The translations under genes were made by a program, and so were the position numbers. Positions 54,223 to 64,000 of a stretch of 64,000 nucleotides of DNA are shown piece by piece (the stretch's first letter is position 1; each line of letters starts with the position of its first letter). Location: assembly GCF_009914755.1 (NCBI RefSeq), contig NC_060930.1. One strand, 5' to 3'. Below the pieces are notes generated by a model. That model searched no databases. It was not told the DNA's origin and was given only the letters and a program-made list of their open reading frames with translations. The DNA comes from the human T2T-CHM13v2.0 reference genome, Homo sapiens.

Positions 54223-54899
54223 TGACTGTCAGTAGAAAATATATAGTCAGTTCTGCTATAACATGATACATGCCTTTCTAGGAATCATTGCACTGTACAA
54301 ATCACACAATAAAATTCACAGTTTATGGGAAAAGTAGGATGAGGGGCATAACACTAAAAACTTCATCAGTGACATTTTTTTTAAAAAAGATAAAAACTTA
54401 ATAAAAATGGTAGCACAGGCTTACTCATGTTAAATGGTACTACATATTATAATAGTATATATTAATACTTAGTGATTTGATACCTAATACTGCATACTGC
54501 ATAGTAACAGAAGTATGACCTGTTACCTTGAAAACAAGGTTGTATGCAATGCTTTTTGACACCACTGGGAGGCCTAAAATATCAGCAAAGGAGAAATAAG
54601 AGAAAGAAGAGAAATTATGGGACTGAGAAGAGAAAGAGGCCAGGCAGAGAGAACAACAGGACGCAGGTTTCCCATGTCTAAAGTTGCCCACCACACCCTG
54701 AGCTGTGTTTACACATAGAAGTAATTTGTGATCCAGGGCAAACAGCAATCACAGTGCACACAGAAGACTAGCAGAGTTTGGAGCAAGGATGAGAGCACAA
54801 CAAAGGGGCTAAAGGGACAGCCTTGGAGAAGGAGATGTTATGAGATTTTTCTGACCCTAAATTGGGAGAACAAGCTGATTACGAATGTGACTTTATTAC

Positions 54900-55079
54900 C
54901 TGGAAAAGGCTGCATAACTGAACTGTAAGCCAAGATATGCCTACTCCTTAGGGCCTTCACCTGGGAAACGATGGCCCCATTTCCTTTCTTTGCCTGATAA
55001 ATCTGTGTGCTGTCCTTTGCTGTGATGATCCAGTATATAAGATCTCCATCCACAGTTAAGCTAACAAGGGTTTTTCCTG
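54900..55079 (-). CDS. ROS1: ROS1 exon 26 (180 nt; AGKTLVSL...MQPFP)
   Basis: aacag|CAGGAAAA...CCAG|gtaata; ORF 54838..55110; tandem CAGCAG acceptor. Confidence 0.95.
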
Positions 55080-55979
55080 CTGTTAAAAACATAAGGAATA
55101 TAAAGAACAAAATTAATATCTTACATTTTTTACTCTAAAAATGTATGAAATTTTTTCTATATTATAATTGCTAAATTTTGAATCTATTATTTCAACATTA
55201 AAAAATACCTTTATTTTATGTCATTTGACTAAGGGTTTTAGAGATGTTCTCTCATTTTAGCACCATATCAAGCCAATCAGGTAACTACTATTATTACTAA
55301 CCTCATTTTGTGGAAAGGCAAACTGAAGTTTAAAGGAGTTAAATAATCTGCTCAAGGCCACCAAAGGGCAGACCCAGGATTTAAAACCCACCTATGTGAC
55401 TCAAAATCAAATAATGCCAACCTGAGGGAAATATTAAATGATAGGCATAGGGCTCAGTGCATTTCTCAATATTTTTATCAGTGGTTTGGAATGAATGCAT
55501 AGTAAACATATTTATCAACTTTGCAGATAATAAATGATTATCACCATCACTAGCAGGTTCAGTTACAGCCTTGAAATTCAAAAATATCATAACAGAATCA
55601 GGAAATTGATTCAAATTTGATACGAACAAATGTAAAATCCTAAATTTAAGTTTCATATCAATTCTGTAAATGAACGAATGAAAGGGATCTGGCTTAATAA
55701 TAATGAATGTGGAAAAGACTATGGTCTTTCAATGGCAGGCATCCTAAAGATCTGATTCCACTTTTGGCTACAACAAAAAGAAGACCTTCATAGTTAGAGT
55801 CTCCCTTCACTGACAAGAACACATTGAGAGTGCAGTGTCTTTATGGGGGCAATATTTAAGAGAATATTAACTAGCTGGAATGAAATCACGGGAGGGCGAC
55901 TAGGACAAAGATTTAGATGCCACATTGCCTGGGGAGCAATTGAAGATACTTGAATTTTTCCTCCAAAGAAAATGCTTGA

Positions 55980-56279
<300 letters not shown>

Positions 56280-56678
56280 TTACAATGAGCTACAACAGTT
56301 ATCTCTACATAGTTGAATGGCTATCATGTGGAAAGTGATTAAATTATTCTTTGTAAATTTAGAGGTAAGAACTAAGACTAATGAACGGGAGAAATGAAGA
56401 GAAGACAGGCTAAATATAAGAAAAAAACTAATATTCATAATTGTCCAAAAGCTTAAACAGACTTCCTTATGAAGTAGCAGGGTTTTTTAAAGAAACAGTT
56501 GTTTAAGCATGACTATTTTTAAAGAAAAAATTTCTTGCAACATCATAACATCTAAATGATCCCTAAAATCTTTCTAATTTTCTAATTTTAGGATTTTAAT
56601 TACAGGTTTATGAAAAACTGACCAGTTTTATACATATATAATGGTCTACTAGGTAATTCTTGTGTCTTGTGTATCAAA

Positions 56679-57146
56679 TATTAAAGAAAAAAATTATTCT
56701 GACACTTGTTAAAATGGTAAGAAAGACTTTAGTCAAGATAAGTGCAATAGCGCACTAGGAAAGACAAATATTGCAACATAGCAAAGACAGTTGGGGTTTT
56801 TATAGCCAAGAAACTGAGTGAGGAAGTCATTGGGTGGAAAAATACAGGGACAGCATCCAGGATAGAGCAATCCTTATTAAATTAGCCTAATGGGATTCTT
56901 GCTAAAGGCAGGCCAAGAGCCTAAACAGGATTCTTACTTAAATCAGACCAATGTCCATCAAGGGTGGGAGATGAAGAACTTGATCAGGTATCAGTGGTAG
57001 GGGGTTCTCCTAAACTGACTTTGTAGGATTCTTGCTAAAACTGAACTCAGCAAGGATGGACACATGAAGACCAAGGTTGAGGCCTAGTCAAGAAGAGGAC
57101 TCAGAGGAGCATAACCACATTTTGATCAAAGAAAAGGTCTTTGTCA
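56679..57146 (-). mobile_element. MER31-type ERV1 solo LTR
   Basis: Minus strand starts TGACAAAGAC...GCTCCTCTGAG...CTAGGCCTC and ends GTGTCAGAATAATTTTTTTCTTTAAtA. Confidence 0.72.
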
Positions 57147-57374
57147 CAGGTTTAACAGAAACAAGTAATATAACTAAGGAGGAATCATTCAAAACATTAC
57201 CTCTATCATTAAATCTACTTAATGATAGGAATTGTTTCTAAAAGGCCTTGTTTCTAAAAGGCCTCTAAACATAGGAATTGCTTCTAAAAGGCCTTGGTTG
57301 ACATGTCAACAAAACCTATATACAATTATAACACATACACACATATTTGCAATTTCAAAACTTTACTGTATAAT

Positions 57375-57880
<506 letters not shown>

Positions 57881-58099
57881 AATGAAAAGTAATTTTAAGA
57901 GTATATGGGGTATTTAGAGTATATATTTTTTTCTGTTGAATTACTCCTAATTAGGAGACTTCCAAATTGTACTCGACTTTCGAATATTTATTCTACAAGC
58001 ATCTGAATTTCAACAAATAGACTCAGGTATTGACCAATTCATGTTGAAAGTGGAATCTATGGGATCATCAAAGTGGAAATAATTTAGGATAGTGGGAAG

Positions 58100-58312
58100 A
58101 TCATGCATGTTGTAGTTAGACCCAGTTTCAACTCCTTCTAACTAACTGTGGCCCTTGGGAAAAGTTACCTTACTTTTCTCAGCCTCAGTTTCCTCATCTG
58201 TAAAATGAGGATATTAGTACCTACTGCACTGAGGTATTATGAAGATTAAATAAAATAATGCATTTAGTACATGCTAAGAATATACAGTTAAGCTCATTAA
58301 ATTGTAGCTCTA
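58100..58312 (+). mobile_element. MIR
   Basis: GCCTCAGTTTCCTCATCTGTAAAATG core. Confidence 0.8.
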
Positions 58313-58538
58313 TTGTTAATTACAATTTTTTAAAACACAGATTTAGAAAATTATGTGAATGCCTACATACAATTTTCCTGGAAACAACTTGATTTGAATT
58401 CTGCAAGAACACTTGGCATGGTACAGAGCAAATATCATGTGTATATTTGAGTATACGCGGAATGCAAGCCCTTTGTAAATGCAGTTGAAGGGGCTGCTCT
58501 TATTAACAAATATCTGTGCACATACATCAGCATCTTAC

Positions 58539-58825
58539 CGAGCATAGCAGGTACTGTGATAACTCTCCAACACTGACAGCCTTCCAGATCCATTGCCCAG
58601 ATCTCTTGTGCTTTGGCAAAGTATATCAATGGTTTCTCTAGGTTAGAGGTATCAATAGCCATTGCTCCACTTAACTCAAATTCAGTCACATTACAAGAAC
58701 ATTGATTCCTTTTGTTTTGTTGGTTTGTAGCTGTGGGTTGCAGAATTCGGTGCAAGGTGTGACTGATAATACTGTAGTAGAACATCTGGTAGCCAAAATT
58801 GGAAACTTCTGTCCAATACAAGCGA
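58539..58825 (-). CDS. ROS1: ROS1 exon 25 (287 nt; RLYWTEV...VPAML)
   Basis: catag|TCGC...CTCG|gtaaga; YWT motif; ORF 58435..58821. Confidence 0.96.
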
Positions 58826-59713
58826 CTATGGAGGAAAAAAAAGTCCCCCCAACTTAATGAGTAAAATACATCATTTCAAATATTGGTTTCTAATGCAGAG
58901 CAACTATTGCTAATGACTGTGAGGGACAAATGGAGCCTTTGGAGAGAACATGGTCAAGTTTTCAATAACCTTTTTCTGAGATGGAAGAAGTCACAAGAAG
59001 TCTAACTTGTAGCATTTCCAATGATTTCTCAATAGATGTGTTTACAACTAAAGTCTTGGAATATAATGACCTTAGGTGCTATATTAAAAGGCCCACTTAA
59101 TAACTGAAATATAAAATATATTTGCTAATTTTCATCAATGTCCATCTCTATTCCCCTCCTCTCATGTTTGTTTCTGCTTCTTAATACTAGTTAATGATCT
59201 AGTTTCCAAATAGCCTATCCCCATGCTTATGGCCCAAACAGAAATCCATCTTTCCAGCCTGCGAAATTGCTACTTAGGTGCTAAAAGGAAACTTTAAAGC
59301 TCACCTTATGAGGATATTAGTTAAACTAAGATGGATGAGCACAGAATAACTTTTACTGTGCAAGGCATGCTGCCCATCTGTTCCTGCTCACCTCTTGCCA
59401 CTGTCTCAATCCACTTCTTGTACTTGCCAACTGATGATGTTATTGCATTCACTAGTATAAAAATCTGCTATTGTTTCCTTTTAGGTAATTAGCCTAACTT
59501 TGTTAGTCAAATTGTCAGTATGCATTAAGTTTACATATTTGTAGTTGTGCCTCCTAATTTATATGAAGAACTACTTACTATAATATAGTGGGCCAAGAGC
59601 CCTAAGCATCTTATTTTTCCATAATTGTCTTCTACTATTAAACCAAAGACATTACATTAAATATGTCTATATCTATTTCATCACAATATAAAAAAATACT
59701 TGCATTTACATAC

Positions 59714-59919
59714 CTTAAAAGAGGATATACAGAAAAAGAAATTATTGTTGAATTCCTATTGTGAATCTTCACCTCTCTGGGATATTTCACCTTGTGTTCA
59801 AGATCAACATCAAATACTTGCATTCCATTTTGTGATTCTTTCAGTGCAAAGTAGAGGTGCCTTGAAATCCAGTCAATTGTAATAACTGTGATATCAAAAA
59901 CCAGTGAATCTTGGAAAAG
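59714..59919 (-). CDS. ROS1: ROS1 exon 24 (206 nt; LFQDSLVF...VYPLL)
   Basis: ttaag|CTTTTC...TTAAG|gtatgt; overlaps ORF 59638..59823. Confidence 0.95.
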
Positions 59920-60369
59920 CTTAACAACAGGTAGAGAACACAGCCAAGAAGAGAGTGGTTATTTTTTTATTTGAAGACTTTTCTATATTCACCCATATCA
60001 TTTGTTTACTGCACTTCTCATTTGTAATCCCAAACCTCAGCAATCTGGACGGTATACCATTGTAACATGGGCACTGTTCTCACATTTTTCCTAAATGATT
60101 TTAACTATCATGGCTTTAACTGCAATCTACAAACCAGTGCTACAAATTTATATCTTCAGACAAGATCTTTAATGAGTCACTGATTCAAATATCAAACTGC
60201 CTACTGAACATTTCCATATGAATTATCCCAGAAAACAGACTTCATCACCCACCCCAAAACCTCTTTTTCTCCTGCATTTTATATTTTTATGGATTTCCAA
60301 CACCACCCAAGGAGCTAATCCTGACAAATATGGTCCTCCTTGACTTCTTCTCATTACTACCCATAGTAA

Positions 60370-60670
<301 letters not shown>

Positions 60671-61189
60671 GAACTAGTCCCATTTTAAATGTCCAGTTTG
60701 TCATCTCCTTTCTCACCTCATGCTCATCCCCTCACTCAGGCCCATAACATTTTCTACCTGGATTTCTGTGACAGCCTCCTAATTGTCTCAGACTTAACCC
60801 TCTCTAAGTCACTATTCACACTGCTAACAGACAGGCCTTTCTAAAACACAACTTGACCATGTTAATGACCCACTAAATATCTTTACTGGCTTGCTGTTGG
60901 CTTCTAGAATGACACCTGTCTCCTTAGCACAGTAAAGGAGGCCCATTATGCTCAGGCTCCCACCTCTCCAGATTTCCCACCTTCCTTTCACTCCACTCTC
61001 ATCCAAACACTCTATGGCTCTTTGTTTTCCTGTCTTTGTACCCCCTCAGCCTTCACCTGTCTCATCTTTGTTTCCAAGATGTTTTTCCATTCTACCACCA
61101 CCAAGCCAACCTAGACTACGTGTTCATTCTCTGTGATTCCACCACATCCTGCTCTCAGCACAACAGTTATCCTAGTCTGTCTTCACTAT

Positions 61190-61420
61190 CAGTTAACATT
61201 TAGTGAATGCCTACCACATGCCAGGCATTGTGCTAAGTGCATTACATGGATTATCTCATTTAATCTTCATGGGAACCCTATGATGAGGTATTACTTAACC
61301 ACAGAGGTTAAATAACTTGCCAGTGGTCACAAATCTAGTAAGTAGTAGAGCCCAAATTGCATTCTAGGTAGTCAAATTCCAAAACTCACCTTCTTAATCA
61401 CTAGGCAATACTGCCTTCCT
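61190..61420 (-). mobile_element. MIR
   Basis: TGCCAGGCAtTGTGCTAAG...ATCTCATTTAATCtTCA...GAGGTTAAaTAACTTGCC. Confidence 0.75.
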
Positions 61421-61718
61421 AGTGTTGGACTAATACTAGACTGGGTTTATTAAGAGCAAAGCCTATAAACTTTCACCCATAATATCCCAGGCTCTAACAC
61501 AGCATCCTAAACCCAATAACTATTTGCTAACTGAGTGTTGAATGACATTTGCCCAAAATGTAGTCTGTATTCATTTGTGGCTAAATAATTATACAATATC
61601 TGTCCTTTTCATTCTAATCTTAATGACTAAACCGTTTTCCAGTCATTTTAACTACAAAGTAGTGTCATATGCAAATACTTCACTTCCTTTATTTCGGAAG
61701 AATTACATAGTGAAATAC

Positions 61719-61921
61719 CTCAGAGCTAGAGCGATTGTGCAAGTGCAGAAGAAAGAGTGAGTCCCCTTCAGCATAATATCCCATCTCATTATCAGCTGTG
61801 TAGCAAACGGCACTGATAACTCTTTCTGCTGAAAACGTCCACACAACTTGATTTTGATCCATATCTAAAAAAACTATCTTGTTACCAAGAAGAGTTATGA
61901 GGTGAGGAAATGGGTTGATTT
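61719..61921 (-). CDS. ROS1: ROS1 exon 23 (203 nt; EINPFPHL...NRSSSE)
   Basis: ttcag|AAATC...TCTGAG|gtattt; lies within ORF 61689..61931. Confidence 0.96.
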
Positions 61922-62243
61922 CTGAAAGCAAAAAAACATGTAGATAATATGCATGAGAAAACTGACTTTAGCTTAGCAAAGTCTCGATTTAATATCTGGC
62001 AGTTTTGAAGTCCATGGGCTCCCTTTGGTTCCTCTAATAGATCTTTCTCAGTGATAACCTTGTAGGCTCTCTACCCCTAGGTTTATTTAAACATATTTTG
62101 GTGGTGTGTTGGGGTCAAAAACATGTTTTTGACCTAAACTTTAGCAAAGAGACAGTGTTCATATCCCTAAAGACACCAATGGGACACACACACACACACA
62201 CGCCTCTAAATTATTATTTGCACAGATTTTAGAAAACAAATAC

Positions 62244-62307
62244 CTGATGTTGTAGACTTTACAACGTCAGCATATGGTCCTGGCCCCTTAGATGTAAAGG
62301 CCCTAAC
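62244..62307 (-). CDS. ROS1: ROS1 exon 22 (64 nt; VRAFTSKGPGPYADVVKSTTS)
   Basis: tttag|GTTAGG...CATCAG|gtattt; end of an FN3 repeat. Confidence 0.95.
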
Positions 62308-64000
62308 CTAAAGAAAAGGAAACAAAAATTGCATTCAGTAGTGTTCTCCGTGGCAACAATTAAGTTCTGAGACTGAGAGATTACTAAATGTTTCATTTCC
62401 TACTCCTGATACACAATATTAATAGTTTCAAATAGTTATTGACATTAATATACAGCAATATAAATCACCAAGAGAAAAAATATTGCTCTATATTTATGTT
62501 GACAGATTTTTTAATCTAGAAAAGTGCAAGAATTGGAACAAATCTCTCTTGCTAAAAAATGAATTTCTAAAAATGTCTGGGGATTTAATGTACAGCATGG
62601 ATGGTGATGAATGTCTAATTAATTCAATTGTGATAATTACACAATGTATACATTTATTAAGTCATGTTGTACAGCTTGAATATATATATATCAATTGAAT
62701 ATTTTTAAATAAAGTAAGGTCATTATTTTCAAAATTAAGTTACATAGAACATTTAACAGAAATAAAACTGTACAAATTATGATAAACTTCCATTTTTCTT
62801 GAATTCAACAACTAGAAGCTTCAAAAAACTAAATTTCCAGACTTTTTAGAAAGAGTAACTTTTAAAAATAATTAAATCTTACATTTGAAAATGATTGTGC
62901 ATTTCAAACCAGTTTCACATACATTGTCTCTTTTGATCTTCACAACTACTAAGAGTAGAAACTGGACCAGGATACTAATAAAGGTAAGTAACTCATGCAC
63001 AATGACGTATGTAGAAACTGGCATCAGAACCAAGTCTTCTGAGGTCTACATACATTTTTTCCCATTGGGCCATGCCACATTCTAACAGTAAAGTTTATTT
63101 TTTTTCTTAGATATTTTCTATTATGTAATAAATTATTTCCATTTCCAAACCTTGCATATGTACAGTAGCCTGCAAAGAAAATTGACATCTATAATGGTGG
63201 ACTCAAAATATAAAGCCCCAAGTACTTTATCAACAAAACATTGTATTATTTTTATTATACTTTTAGTATTAAACATATTTTACTGTATTTTATATATTAC
63301 TATCTGTATGATTTATAATGGTGCATATATATATATATAGTAGTGTTTACTTTTGTACAAAACTGTGTTAAATGAAACTCATACATATCCATGCATATCA
63401 CTTTGCATGGTTCCATGGTGACCAAAATTTGAAACTATATATCTATATACATATTTATATTATATATTCTATATAAATACTATATATTCTATATATAGAC
63501 ACACTTAACCTGAATATTATTTTACCAAAACACTCCTAATTTTTACCAAATAGGAACGTGTACTATCTTTAACTTTCATGTATAACTTATTTGATTAGTA
63601 TATGTAGACAACAAATTATCAAAATAATTATTAAATTAGAATTTTATGAAAAGAAAAACAAATCCCTACACAACTCAAATCTCCAAAACACTCCCCAAGA
63701 TGTTATTTTCCCCAAAAAGAAATGGTGGAAAGCATTACAGCACAGTGCTTTCCAGCCACGCAGCTTTGGTAATTGACTGATACTCTCAACGACTTAACTT
63801 TTTCTTTATAGTATGAGGATCAAATGAGATAATGAATACAAAAATACCTACAGTGGTGCAAGGCCTATAGTGATTTTATTGAAAAATAATGGTTTATCAA
63901 AATAACACATGTACCCCAAATGTATGTACAACTATAATATATATCAATAAAAAATGTAAAACAAATCAGTAATGTGTAACATACAGAAATTAAAATCATG

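Overview
Human genomic DNA (Alu, L1PA, MIR, L2 and MER repeats) covering part of the receptor tyrosine kinase gene ROS1 on the minus strand. I traced 21 consecutive GT-AG coding exons by hand. They are exons 22-42 in the usual 43-exon numbering, total 3352 nt, are frame-consistent and encode about V1128-G2245: distal YWTD/FN3 ectodomain, transmembrane exon 34 and the whole kinase domain. The exon numbers and residue numbers come from my recollection of the reference. Exons 1-21 and the last exon 43 lie outside the window. Introns are repeat-rich. They include a full-length, dead, TSD-flanked L1PA in intron 31 and two 7SK retrocopies bracketing exon 42. I see no foreign or engineered insert and no proven new system. 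The best leads are hypotheses: (1) an L1 5'UTR 114 bp from exon 32 that could drive an antisense-promoter L1-ROS1 kinase transcript and carries an in-phase donor; (2) a stop codon plus AATAAA just inside intron 33 that could give a soluble ectodomain; (3) a DNA-level duplicated tailless 7SK retrocopy forming direct repeats around exon 42; (4) a tail-to-tail inverted L1 pair in the fusion-breakpoint intron 31.
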